The position numbers were made by a program, and so were the translations under genes. A model generated the notes under the pieces. That model saw only the letters and a list, made by a program, of their open reading frames with translations. It had not been told where the DNA came from and did no database searches. A stretch of DNA of 63,448 nt, the filler included, from Parasitella parasitica NRRL 2501 (lineage: Eukaryota > Fungi > Mucoromycota), in assembly GCA_025201805.1 (NCBI GenBank). It is 8 parts of 8 records of this genome, joined end to end, with 100 filler letters (N's around TTAATTAATTAA, not from the genome) between each part and the next. Parts side by side here need not be neighbours in the genome. Positions count along the whole stretch, not along the records: positions 40,710 to 52,720 come from MU619292.1; positions 52,821 to 57,145 come from MU619342.1; positions 57,246 to 59,087 come from MU619519.1; positions 59,188 to 60,481 come from MU619324.1; positions 60,582 to 63,448 come from MU619425.1; 3 more parts are not named here. The stretch is one strand, 5' to 3'. Shown piece by piece: positions 51,992-63,448 of the stretch (positions are counted from its first letter, which is position 1; each line of letters starts with the position of its first letter).

Positions 51992-52720
51992 TTAAGCTAT
52001 TTTTGTGCAAACGATAATAATGATATTAGTCCATGAAATAATTAAATCCATATTAATATCATGATAGCATACCTCGCTGAAACTCTTCCGGCCGGTTGTT
52101 GCTGTTGGCAACCATATGCAAGAAGATTGAGCGTATATTGAGACTTGCCATATGATCTCTTTTCCATCGAGTGTGACAGGTGTTGCAGCTGAGAACTGGA
52201 TGGATCTTAAAATTGGCATTGTCTCGTTCGTTAGTAGTACTTCGTAGGTGGCATCTGGGGGCATATTTGACTTGTCAGGTACTCGTCAATCATAACCACG
52301 TACTTTCTTGAATTTGGTCGGTTCCGTCTGATCGACTTGACGTAATTTAGCAAGGCTTTTCTGAACACTTTTGTTGAAGAGGGTACATTCCCACGAAGTC
52401 CACCGAACAGAGCAGAGCCAAACGCCACCACTGTAGGTCTTTCAGCCTCACCAGCATTGTCTCTAGGGGCTAGCGGTTTCCACTTTTGTTGATTTGCTTG
52501 CTGTATATCAGGATTGTCTTCTTGATATTTTCTGCTACCTGTAAACAAACGCTTGCACATTTCGGTCAATGCCTTTTGCTTATTCCTATAGCTGTGGTAT
52601 TTGAGTTTTTTTAATCCAGTTGTGTAGTAGTCTTTAATCGTCTGAAAATTCCGAAATATATATCGCAATGCTTGATTGAACCGATCCCAGTTGCATGTCT
52701 TGGTTGATGGTGTATCAGAA
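51992..52720 (-). mobile_element. Fanzor1 (eukaryotic TnpB-like RNA-guided nuclease), C-terminal half, with one frameshift
   Basis: VVAFGSALFG..RG and VVMIDEYLTSQICP (RuvC-II). Removing one C from a 5-C run near 52257-52261 gives CPRC...IHPVLSCNTC..RWKRDHMASLNI (zinc finger, RuvC-III). The 5' part lies beyond the contig edge. Confidence 0.88.
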
Positions 52721-52935
52721 NNNNNNNNNNNNNNNNNNNNNNNNNNNNNNNNNNNNNNNNNNNNTTAATTAATTAANNNNNNNNNNNNNNNNNNNNNNNN
52801 NNNNNNNNNNNNNNNNNNNNAAATTGGTTGTTTCAATGAAAAGTTATTTCAATTTGAAGACTTGATGAAAACAGGACAAACAGGGAAAAACGGTTATTTC
52901 AACTCTCATAGTTCTTCTCTGGACTTTTACTTATG

Positions 52936-53265
52936 ACAGCTAAGTCTGAATGGATTGTAGCATTCGAATGGTGTATTATAATTGACATGTGGGTTATTTC
53001 TCTTGTTTCTACACTGCTCAATATAAACAAGCGAAATTGAGAAATCTACGACATACAGCAGTAACATTTTGAAAATATTACGGCTATATGGTATGTTGTG
53101 CTTTTTATTGGAATTGTATACAAAATATAGAGATTCTGATCTATTTTTTAGTACTGATTTCCGAAAAGAGAGATGATTCTATGCTGAAATGTCATGGTAT
53201 AATTACCAGCTATACCTCCACAGCTTTTGACTGAGCACACAGCTGAATTTAAAAAAAAAGCGCAT
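52936..53265. repeat. Dispersed repeat family J
   Basis: Diverged reverse complement of 63110-63448. Confidence 0.75.
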
Positions 53266-53731
53266 TTTCTGTTCTAAATCATTCAGTTTGTCAAAAAAAA
53301 TCATCTTGTAAGCTTTTTAATTGCTGCATATTTGATGCCAAATTTATCACAAAGAAGTATATATCCAAGCATAATGCAACACATTGATGCAAGAGTTGGT
53401 GCTGAATCTAACTGTGCAAAGATTAAAGAGAATTGTATTGAAAAATAATGGATAAAACAGAAGAACCGAATATATCTTCTTGGTTTTTAAGCTAAAATGT
53501 CTGATTTTTCATAGTTTAATGTATGAATCAAAATTTTGGGTGACATACTTTTACAGCTAATAAATAACATGCAGTATTCTTTAGATTGTTAACGGTGTCT
53601 TTACATTTTAACTGAACATTTTGCTAAGTTCATTGATCGAGTAGTGGAGGAAAAACAATAAAGTATATCGGTAATCACACAAACTCTTTTTAAAGATCGT
53701 CGGATAAATTACATATACCACCAAACGCTTT

Positions 53732-54195
53732 TGTTGTATCAATATAAAGGCTACATATGTCATATCTAACTTAGCCATAATGCACGGATCATGATATTAA
53801 TAGTTGGTAATTCTTTTACAAATAAGGAATAATATAAGCTTCAAGTTGTAATTGGACCTCTTGCAAGATTCCAGGCTTATTCAAAGAATACATCTAGATC
53901 AGATCGCGGGATGTCGGGAAGACATCCTACCCAATCTTCTCTTTAATGTAAAATAGAAAGATAGGTCTGTCCTGGAAATGCTGTGATTTAATAAGGTTTG
54001 ACACTTCTTGTCAAACATCAGATGTTATGCCGATAAACATTGATTGGGATATATTTTAGTATAAATAGAGATCATATCTTATTTCAATAAAAGTCTTCAG
54101 TTTTGTATCTGGTTTTATTCAGAAAAGTCTTTATTACTTTATACGAATCAAATTTTACATAACATTACGCTGCGGCCTTTGACACTGGCACAACA
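53732..54195 (+). mobile_element. Solo LTR family B
   Basis: TGTTG...CAACA termini and high identity to other B copies; flanks differ, so no TSD. Confidence 0.88.
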
Positions 54196-54465
54196 CAAAG
54201 TTGAAACTTGAAAATAGTATATGAGGTTTTTGGTGTCCAAATATAGCAAAATCTGAAAAACGGTCGGAGGTGCATAAAAATCAGAAATGTTGTAAAATGC
54301 TGCAAAAAATGAATATTTTGGCTAAAGATTGTGTCTCCATTGCTTAATAGTTTTTAAAGATAGCAGTTACTGGGAATTATGCCTTTAAGCGTAAAAAAAG
54401 ATTATATCTTTGTTTGGGGGCACATACTTCATCCCAAAATGAAGGTATATAAAAATGGTTTTTGA

Positions 54466-54683
54466 TGTTATTATGTCAAAAGTCTAATAAAATAAATTTG
54501 CCAAAGAATTACCCTTTATTCATAATACATCTCTCGATGTATTATATTATATACACATTCATTACACTATGGTTCTACTGTCTAGCTGCATAATGTAAAT
54601 CATGACTACCCATGATTTACTGTAAGACCCTGGGACTGATCTGAGATCCTGATGTGAGACCTTGCCATGTTATTGATACAACA
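54466..54683. mobile_element. Short solo LTR family D with TSD, inserted in repeat C
   Basis: TGTT...AACA termini with TTTGA TSD (54461-54465 and 54684-54688); partial copies at 60387-60481 and 62185-62383. Confidence 0.9.
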
Positions 54684-56867
54684 TTTGATTCCGTATTTGG
54701 CGGTATCCCGGCTATCGATTTATATTGAGACATACGCAAGTTACCTATTAGAATCTTGCTTTGCTCTCTATTTAAAAATAGGTGTTGCACTCATTTACAG
54801 CCAAAAAAAAAACGCTGTAGATTGAATCTCAGCATTGTGTGTCCATTTGGCTCAAACCAAATTCGAGCTTTTTTTTGGATAGTTCATTGCTAGATATCTC
54901 AAGAACCTAATAGGTATATCGGATATGCGTAACAAGTGTTTTATAACGTAAATTAAATTCTGCATCCAACCATATAAATTTCAAGGCTATAGAAACGCTT
55001 TTTTTTATTGCCAATTATCAATTATTCGAAAAACGCCATTTTTCATACTTTTGGAGTATAATCGAACATATTTTGAGCACTACTAGCTCTATAAACTTGA
55101 CCAAAAGGATCATCATGTTAATACCTACACACCAATATATTTTTTACTGCTGTAGCTTTATTATATCTGCCAAGAATCAAAATCTTGTCTCGGCCAAAAT
55201 AAATCTACGATTTTCCGGTCCTATGTTTAGAGGGCCAAAATAAAGCCTTTCAAAAGGGTAAAAATCAGTTCCGTTTTTCGAGATTTTCTCGCTCAGAAAT
55301 ATGTATTTTTTGACCAAACAAAAAGCATTCCGTAGCTATTTTGTAGCTCTATTTTTGTGTTGCTATATCATATATCTTTATACACTATTCATTTCTTTGA
55401 AATTTATAAAAATAAATGAAGCCTCTGCTAAAAACATTTAAAAAGATATTTTTTTCGACATATCTATCTAACACTAATACAACTAGGAGACAACCAAATT
55501 TTAAAACTATTTTAGTAATTACTCAGGCCAAGTTACCATAGTGGTTTGTTGAGAAATAGGGGAACAAAGTTTAATGCAAAAAGACAAAACTGGCTCAAGC
55601 TTGTCGAATTCGAGCTTGAATACAACATGTTTACTACCAGTAGGTGAATCAAAACGTGCTTTATCACTTTACTTAGGAACTTGAATATAATTTAATTGCA
55701 AAATTTGGTACTTGTTATAGGAACATATGCTGTAAAATATGCAAAATCTGCAAAATCTAGTTTTGGTAATATCTCGACAATAAAGATAGATATCGAGAAT
55801 CGGAAGATGTGGTGAGGTACAGTTATCATACCAGTAACTGGATGTATACTTGGCTTGGACCCGAAATCCGTGCCTAAAAATGACCCTGAAGGTTGACCCA
55901 AAGTTGAAAACTGAAATTCGAATATGAGGTTTGGGGTCCAAACATGGCAAAATCTGAAAAATGGCCAGAGGTGCATGAAACTCGGGTATGTTGTAAAATG
56001 CTCTAAAAAATGAATATTTTGGCTGAAGGTTGTGTCTCTATCGGTTATTAGTTTGCAAAGATATCAGTGATTGTAGATTATGCTTTTAAGCGGGGGAAAA
56101 GGTGATGGCCATGGTTAGGCGGCATTTATTTTAACCAAATCATAAAACTACATAAAAATAGCTGTGGAAGTCATATTTTACAGCATCTTGGCTATTGATT
56201 CATAACAAGACATAACCAGATTGTTTATGGAGTTCATACTTTGCTCCTTAATTGAAATATATGATTCACTGCCAAAGGCCTTTATATACAGCAGTAAATT
56301 CAAGCTCAGAAGTATGTTTCCATTGCAACTTGCGTACATTCTGTTTTAATATACGAAATAGATATACAATTAAAACTGGATATATTTATTCGTATATAAA
56401 AAATAAGATGATTCTTCTCCACACAACATTTGCCTAGACTATTTATACTTTTCGAGTGCTGACATCGGTTGCATGCATGTGGAATCGAGGCTTAATAAAC
56501 TTGCACCAGATAGAACCAATTACTAGCCATGTGCTGCTAGTACAAGTAATCGTAAACCAGTTATTACCAGAAGGAAACAGGAAGGATAGTGGTCTTGAGA
56601 AAGAGTATAATCGCCTTGTGGTATAAAGGATTTCTAATGAGTGTAACCATGGTATAATACTTTTGCATAATTGTGAGAATACCCAAGTTGGATCTCAGGC
56701 ACAACATCAACTCAACAACCCACCTCGCTTAGCCTTTACATCCTAAACACATTCCAGTTTTCATTGCTTAATATTTCGAAAAATAATAAATATAATATTG
56801 CATATGGTTTCTAAATGTTTTTTGACAGCATTTAAATTCTGCATCAAACCATATTAATCTAAGTAGG

Positions 56868-57145
56868 TGATGTATATTTTAGATATTTCAATACAATAAA
56901 AAGAGACTTGTAATAATTCACAGCTTTCAACTGTATCCGAACAATAAAAGAAGTATCTCGTTTATAAATACAGGGTATTTATTGTTGTGCCAGTGTCAAA
57001 GGGCGCAGCGTAATGTTATGTAAATAAGATTTGTATAAAGCAATAAAGACTTTCTGAATAAAACCAGATACAAAACTGAAGACTTTTATTGACATAAGAT
57101 ATGATCTCTATTTATACTAAAATATATCCCAATCAATGTTTATCC
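56868..57145. mobile_element. Family-F LTR end interrupted by a family-B LTR (from 56983)
   Basis: TGATGTATATT... matches 39391-39479 reversed, then TGTTGTGCCAG (B) runs to the contig end. Confidence 0.8.
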
Positions 57146-57835
57146 NNNNNNNNNNNNNNNNNNNNNNNNNNNNNNNNNNNNNNNNNNNNTTAATTAATTA
57201 ANNNNNNNNNNNNNNNNNNNNNNNNNNNNNNNNNNNNNNNNNNNNTTCCTAATCGCATGAATAAGAATTATGTTTCAAATGCCGTCCTTGATCCATCGTT
57301 AGATCAACAACGTCAATAAACAACTCAATAATATTCACACTCACGTAAGATTAGAATAGCTACGATAGAATTATCCTATTGACCTGATGAATGACCATCT
57401 CTAATCAACCCAACAAGTAGTATGATAGTATACTACTAAGCCAGAACGGCTGATTAGAATTCATAACACAACATATAAAGAATAATGGAACGGTTAAGAA
57501 ATAACGAAACAATTGTCTGCTAGTAAGACGACACTCAAATAATATAAATAGAGATATAAAATAACAGCTTATTGCACATTCAATCTACTTGCAAAATAAA
57601 GAAGGATTTTAATCGTATCTTGCTTTTTTACACTTTTTTTACTGCATTTCGCTGCATCGTGGATCAATAAGTCAATAGTATAATGTGGATGAGTAAGGCA
57701 AGAATGACAGTGTGAACCAGAGAGGCAAGAATGCAATGTGGATCGATTAGGGAAGAACGAGGTGATATATATTTTTAGATCAAGATGTATAATTGTTTGG
57801 GCTTGAAGACTCGACAGGTTCATGACACATCCAGA

Positions 57836-58652
57836 TCCGCAAAACAGTTAACTTACTGTCCGAGACAGTACCTTCCCATTGGAAATAGGGCAAACCACCC
57901 GGAACCAAGAACATGCTTCCACCAGCAACAGAAGAACCAGCAGAAGAAGACACAGGAACAGACAAGACAGAACCAGTCAAGCCAACAAGCTCACGCAGCT
58001 CCTTCAGCCTAGCAGTCTTGACCTTCAAATCCTCCACCCAAGGATCAACCTCGGCAGCAGGCGTGCTACCAGCAGTAGCAATCTTGACAGCCAAAGCATT
58101 TTAAGCTCTCTGTTTGAAGAGCAGCAAGAGCTTCATCGAAACCCATAGAGACATGAGAAGCAGAACCAGATTGAGAATTAGGAGTAGACATAGTAATAAA
58201 AAAGAATCCGAATTAAACCGTTAAAAAAAATGTTGGATCAAAAAGATAATAAAAAACCAAAGGTTAACGAGATACGAAAAACTAAAGATACTTTATTTAA
58301 GATCCAAATTGCATCTGCTATTTATACTTTTTACAACTACTGTACATAAATTTATGGTGACTTATTTAGATTACTATTTGACAAGACTAATTCACAGTGA
58401 CAATCTACTTGACAGGTACGATATGCGGTTATACAGCAAGAGCTACACGTCTTTGATCTGACAGTGCCTTAACCTTTATCCTGGTGCTCTGATCTGTGTT
58501 ACTACTTACAGGAATAACCTTTTTGATTTTTGAAATAGAGACTTTATTCTCCAATTCACACAAGCGTATCACATCATATCATTGGACAACAATCTTCACT
58601 CTTCAATTGAAGTTCATTGCCATGATCTCCTGTCTATAAATATGGCAGATCA
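57836..58652 (-). mobile_element. 5' end of a Ty3/gypsy-like element: E LTR (58231-58652), leader and frameshifted gag N-terminus (ATG 58191)
   Basis: E LTR without TSD directly followed by an ORF containing LVPGGLPYFQWEG, a motif I recognise from Mucorales gypsy Gag. Confidence 0.7.
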
Positions 58653-59558
58653 ATTTTGTTGCCAGATAGCGCCAAGTCAATGCTAAGTTTTCCAAGTTAG
58701 ATCTCGGTTCTAAGGTCATTTTAGCACAAGTTATGAGCTGATATCTGATATTTAGGATAGTAACTATTGAAAAATAAAACTGTTTTTGCGTATAACTTTT
58801 GATAAACAGGTCGCCCAAGCGAAACTAAGTTATGCTCAAATAGCGATGATTATGCCTGTTCTTATGGCGCATAAGACAGTGTTTATTTTGGTGTTTATGG
58901 AAGCCTAGGATCGATTATATGCAATTCTGATATGAAAATTTGTGATATCATCTGATAATTTTGTAGATATCGATAAAAACATGGAAACCAATGTTGTTGC
59001 CAGATAGCGCCAAGTCAATGCTAAGTTTTCCAAGTTAGATCTCGGTTCTTCTAAGTGCAATGGAATGGTATAACTAAAAGCAAGTAANNNNNNNNNNNNN
59101 NNNNNNNNNNNNNNNNNNNNNNNNNNNNNNNTTAATTAATTAANNNNNNNNNNNNNNNNNNNNNNNNNNNNNNNNNNNNNNNNNNNNCTGATATTTATGA
59201 TAAATATTGAAAAATAAAAATGTTTTTGCAGATAACTTTTGATAGAGACATTGCCCAGTGGAAATCAAGTTATGCTCAGATAGCGATGATCATGCCTGTT
59301 TAATCAGGCCTAAAGGTATTGAATTTAGTGCTATATCAAAAGTTTATCTCATGTGTCCTTATTATACAAGGTTTCACTCTTTTTATAGTACTACCACGTA
59401 TTATTTTGGAATCTGAGGTAAATCATGGGTATTACCGAGGAAGTAACTGATAGATACTGTTCCTCTAATTGAAGAACGATATTGTTTAAGATGTCACACA
59501 GAGATAAATCGGGAAATATATGCATCAGACCCTTTTGGTCTCATGATTAAATCATGAA

Positions 59559-60018
59559 TGTTGTATCCATATAAAGGCTACATATGTCATATCTAACTTA
59601 GTCATAATGCTCGGATCATGATATTAATTGTTGGTAATTCTTTTACAAATAAGGAATAAGCTACAAGTTGTAATTAGACCTCTTGCAAGGTTCCAGGCTT
59701 ATTCAAAGAATACATTTTGATCAGATCGCGGGATGTCGGGAAGACATCCTACCCAATCTTCTCTTTGATGTAAAATAGAAAGATAGGTCTGTCCTGGAAA
59801 TGCTGTGATTTAATAAGGTTTGACACTTCTTGTCAAACAGCAAATGTTATGTGGATAAACATTGATTGGGATATATTTTAGTATAAATAGAGATCATATC
59901 TTATGTCAATAAAAGCCTTCAGTTTTGTATCTGGTTTTTTATTCAGAAGAGTCTTTATTACTTTATACAAATCATATTAACATAACATTACGCTGCGCCC
60001 TTTGACACTGGCGCAACA
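59559..60018 (+). mobile_element. Solo LTR family B with TSD
   Basis: TGTTG...CAACA termini flanked by ATGAA (59554-59558 and 60019-60023). Confidence 0.93.
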
Positions 60019-60581
60019 ATGAATATTCTGTAATTCATCTTTCTTTCTCTTTTCATTTTTTTATAACCTTTGCATATGAAAAATGGCTAGAATTAAAAAG
60101 AAACAACGATTGACTTATATTCTTGTTGGCGTAACACAAATAAACAATCCTCCACGCTGGAAACCAATGGACAAAAAAAGGGCCATTGAGGAAACAGAAG
60201 TGGTAGCAGAATCTAGTCAAGCGGCAGCCAAACGGAGTCGAGGGGATGACTCACGTGATGCGAAACTAACGGAGGCTCTTTCAAATGAGTCTAGAAGAAG
60301 AATCTTGTTTCAAATCCACGCATGCCGCAAATCAGGTCAAGATGATGTTTCACTTTTGAAGGATATGCTTATATCGATGAAGGCTTTGTTATGTCAAAAG
60401 TCTGATAAAATAAATCTGCCAAAGAATTACCCCTTTATTCATAATACATCTCTCGATGTATTATATACACATTCATTACACNNNNNNNNNNNNNNNNNNN
60501 NNNNNNNNNNNNNNNNNNNNNNNNNTTAATTAATTAANNNNNNNNNNNNNNNNNNNNNNNNNNNNNNNNNNNNNNNNNNNN

Positions 60582-62184
60582 GTATGCGGGTGAATGGTAA
60601 AAGGCTTGATGATGCGTCGTTTACCACGAGTTTCCTTGGGAGCGACAACTTCCAAACGTAGACAGCCAGTTTCCGAAATGGAACACGACGTAAATGGGAT
60701 GCGAGCCAAATCAGAGGGACGAAGAAATGCAGCCATAGCCAGCAGAAAAACCAATTTTTGTTGAAGTAATTTGATGTTAGTAGACGATCTGGAGGCGATA
60801 GAGCGAGCGTAAGCCAAAGCCGGAGAAGCATCTATAGTTGGACGGTGGATGGAGACCGGTGGAGCCTGCTTAGCGACTGTATCTAAATAAGAGTTGATCA
60901 GTGAATTCTCGCTAATACCTGTGGAGTCGTCATGTAAATGAGCCACTGCTGCTCGTAGTATTTTGAGGGTGGACGCCTGCAGATTGTGAGCTTGTCGCAT
61001 GTCAGCCAAAAAGTTCACCATATTAGAAGGGGAGAAACCCGTACAAGAGACATTGTGTTAGGTAGCCCAAGCCAAGAAACGTAGCTGATTGCGCCGGTAC
61101 TGATGGTTTGTAGCGTTGTCGGCTAAGCGTTCGGCCAAGAGATCCTCCATTGCTTGCGCACTGAGGTTCTGGCGTTCAAGCTTTGCCCGGATAATACCCA
61201 AACGGAGAGCCTCCAATGCCGGTGAAGCAGAGGATGTGGCGTTCTCGGAGACGTTGTCTGGACCGACTGTGGGGGCAACAGCAAGGGATCCGTCAGAGCT
61301 AGCCGTTGGAGAAGAGGAAACCACATTGCACTGGGCCAGTAGGGAACTACCAAGGTTACCCGAGAAAGTTGTTCCTGTAAGATCTTGTGAAGGACTCTCG
61401 TGATGAGGTTCCAAGGTGGGTTGACGAAGGGATGATGAAACATCGTCCACGGGATGGTAAACGCATCCGTATGGATAGCGCCCGGATCCGGAAGCCAAGA
61501 CACGTATTTTGGTAACAGTTTGGTTGTCCTGTCGGCGAATAGGTCGACTGAGAAGGGTCCCCAGAGGTGTGATATGTGCTGGAAGACTGACGGCTTGAGC
61601 ATCCACTGATTCTTGAAGAATGTCCTGCGGGATTCCATATCGGCTATCGTGTTGTTCACTCCACTGATGTGTTGTGCCTGAATCACTATTTTGTGCTTGA
61701 GACACCAATTCCAGACTTCTGTTGCTAGGTTCAATAACGCCAGAGAGCGAGTCCCTCCTTGCTTGTTGATGTACGCCATGCTGGTAGTGTTGTCCGTCTG
61801 GATCAAGATTGTGGAATGCTCGGGAAGGGGAAAAGTCTGGAGCGCCAGATAAGCCGCTTTGAGTTCTCGCCAATTGATTGATTGATCCGCTTCGTATGGT
61901 GTCCAGTAACCATGGGCTCGATGTTGGTTCCAACTGCAGCCCCAACCCGTGTTGCTCGCGTCCACAAAGATGGTTTGTGTCGGTGTCGTTGGTAGGATCG
62001 AGCGACCGTTCCACTTCTTGAGGTTGTGGTACCACCATGATAGTTCCTGCAGACTCGCGGGATCCAAGGCTCGCGGAGTGTCCCAATCGGAATTCGTCTT
62101 GACTGTCTGGTTCTTGTAGTATAAGAGATGTCGAGTATACAGTCGGGCTGGAAAGACCGCAAACGTGGCCGCTTGGATACGCAT
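60582..62184 (-). mobile_element. DIRS1-type tyrosine-recombinase retrotransposon fragment (RNase H, adenine-methyltransferase-like domain, YR)
   Basis: VDASNTGWG, INWRELKA, TDN, HISGVNNTIAD.ESR; DLFA...DAF..PW...NPPW; an overlapping second frame encodes the YR (FLRPSDL, PKE.R) with an in-frame TAA at 61058-61060. Confidence 0.92.
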
Positions 62185-62383
62185 TGTTATGTCAAAAGTC
62201 TGATAAAATAAATCTGCCAAAGAATTACACCTTTATTCATAATACATCTCTCGATGTATTATATACACATTCATTACACTAGGGTTCTACTGTCTAGCTG
62301 CATAATGTAAATCATGACTACCCATGATTTACTGTAAGACCCTGGGACTGATCTGAGATCCTGATGTGAGACCTTGCCATGTT

Positions 62384-63101
62384 GGAGAGGGGCATGCTGC
62401 TCCCCAACGGCCAAGACAGCATAGGCGTCGCCGCCGTAGCATCCGCTGCCACCTTGGACAAATCCACAGTTGATCAGTTGTCCAAACTGACCGAGGTTGT
62501 ACTGGACATCAGCATTGAGGTGCTAAGCACCTCCTTCCTTTCGCCCATGTTCACCGGGCAATCTAGTCAGGGACAGCTTGACAATGTTGTCGGAGGGGGA
62601 AAGGGTCGGATAAGCCAAGAAAGGCTCCGCAAAATTTGCCAACGGCAGGGTAGGGTTGGCCTGGAAGCTTTGATACCTGGCTGGAGAAACCAGAATCTCG
62701 GCGAAGACGAGGTTGTTGTCTCGACGATGGTGATTACCGACCCACAACAAGTCGAGTCCATCGGCACAGAAAGCTGTCAGAGCGACCATAAACTCCTTCT
62801 GACGGTCCAAGACAGAAGTGATGTCGATGACAAAGGTGCTAGGCAAGGTGCTTGTCAAAAAAGGTCGAGTAAGTTTGCCCGAGAAGTGATCGACAGGAGA
62901 CACATTGGATGCGCTGGAGGTGAGGTTGTCAGGATCACCTGTTGGCTGGTTGTAGGTAGAGACAGACCTAGTGCGCTGGTTAGGTCGTGATCCACCAGAT
63001 GCAACGATTGACCATGATTTGGTTTTTGACTTCGGGCCCTTAAAGGTACCATTCTGTTCTTTAGTGGAGGAAGCCATGTCTATGGCTAACTGAATCATCA
63101 T
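62384..63101 (-). mobile_element. LINE ORF1 (gag-like) fragment, disabled
   Basis: SWSIVASG, IVKLSLTRLP and, beyond an in-frame stop, LGQFGQLINCG...G.YGGDAYAVL, which resembles Mucorales L1-like ORF1. Confidence 0.6.
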
Positions 63102-63448
63102 TCAGAACAGAAAAATGCGCCGGTTTTTTAAATTCAGCTACGTGCTCAATGAAAGGCTCTTGAAGTATAGCTGGTAACTATATCATGACAAATCAGTATC
63201 AGATCGTCTCTCTTTTGAGAAAGCAGCACTACTGAAGATAGATCAGAATCTCCATATATTTGAATACAATACCAATAAAAAGCAAAGAATATCTTACAAG
63301 CGTAATATTTTCAAAATGATACTGCTGCATGTCGCAGATTTCGCATTTTCAGTTGCTTGTATATTGAGCAGTGTAGGGACAAGAGACATTACCCACATGT
63401 CAGTTGTAATACACCATTCGAATGCTACAATGCATTTAAACATGGCTG

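Noticed and set aside
60083-60386. ORF interrupted by a D LTR
   Set aside because: Too short and without motifs to assign; its apparent C-terminus is LTR sequence.
62384-63448. Centromere or pericentromere inferred from LINE and repeat density
   Set aside because: Only short LINE fragments on small joined contigs; no centromere motif could be verified.

Overview
Intron-rich, AT-rich fungal DNA with hallmarks of Mucorales (Mucoromycota). It is a pseudo-scaffold: seven artificial 100-bp linkers (44 N + TTAATTAATTAA + 44 N) join separate contigs, so adjacency across them is not evidence of linkage. Housekeeping islands (CAP1, an alpha-arrestin, TGS1, PRM10-like, an acyl-CoA carboxyltransferase ending in a PTS1-like SRM, a truncated SNF5, MFAP1, Rab5/VPS21, MBP1-like, a HAD-domain protein, xylose reductase, AP-1 sigma, AMSH, RPL4) alternate with blocks of nested mobile DNA: several solo-LTR families with readable 5-bp TSDs, L1/Tx1 LINE relics, DIRS, hAT, pogo, Tc1 and CACTA-type ends. 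The most notable signal is a Fanzor (eukaryotic TnpB-like RNA-guided nuclease) 3' half at 51992-52720 (-). It has RuvC-II, a zinc finger and RuvC-III, a likely 3' intron, downstream hairpins and two stacked TA|CAGTCG transposon ends with tandem subterminal repeats. A second, unrelated decayed Fanzor family lies at about 31.2-32.5 kb and a serine-recombinase-like relic at about 46.3-46.6 kb. All family calls come from motif recognition by eye; no database searches were run.
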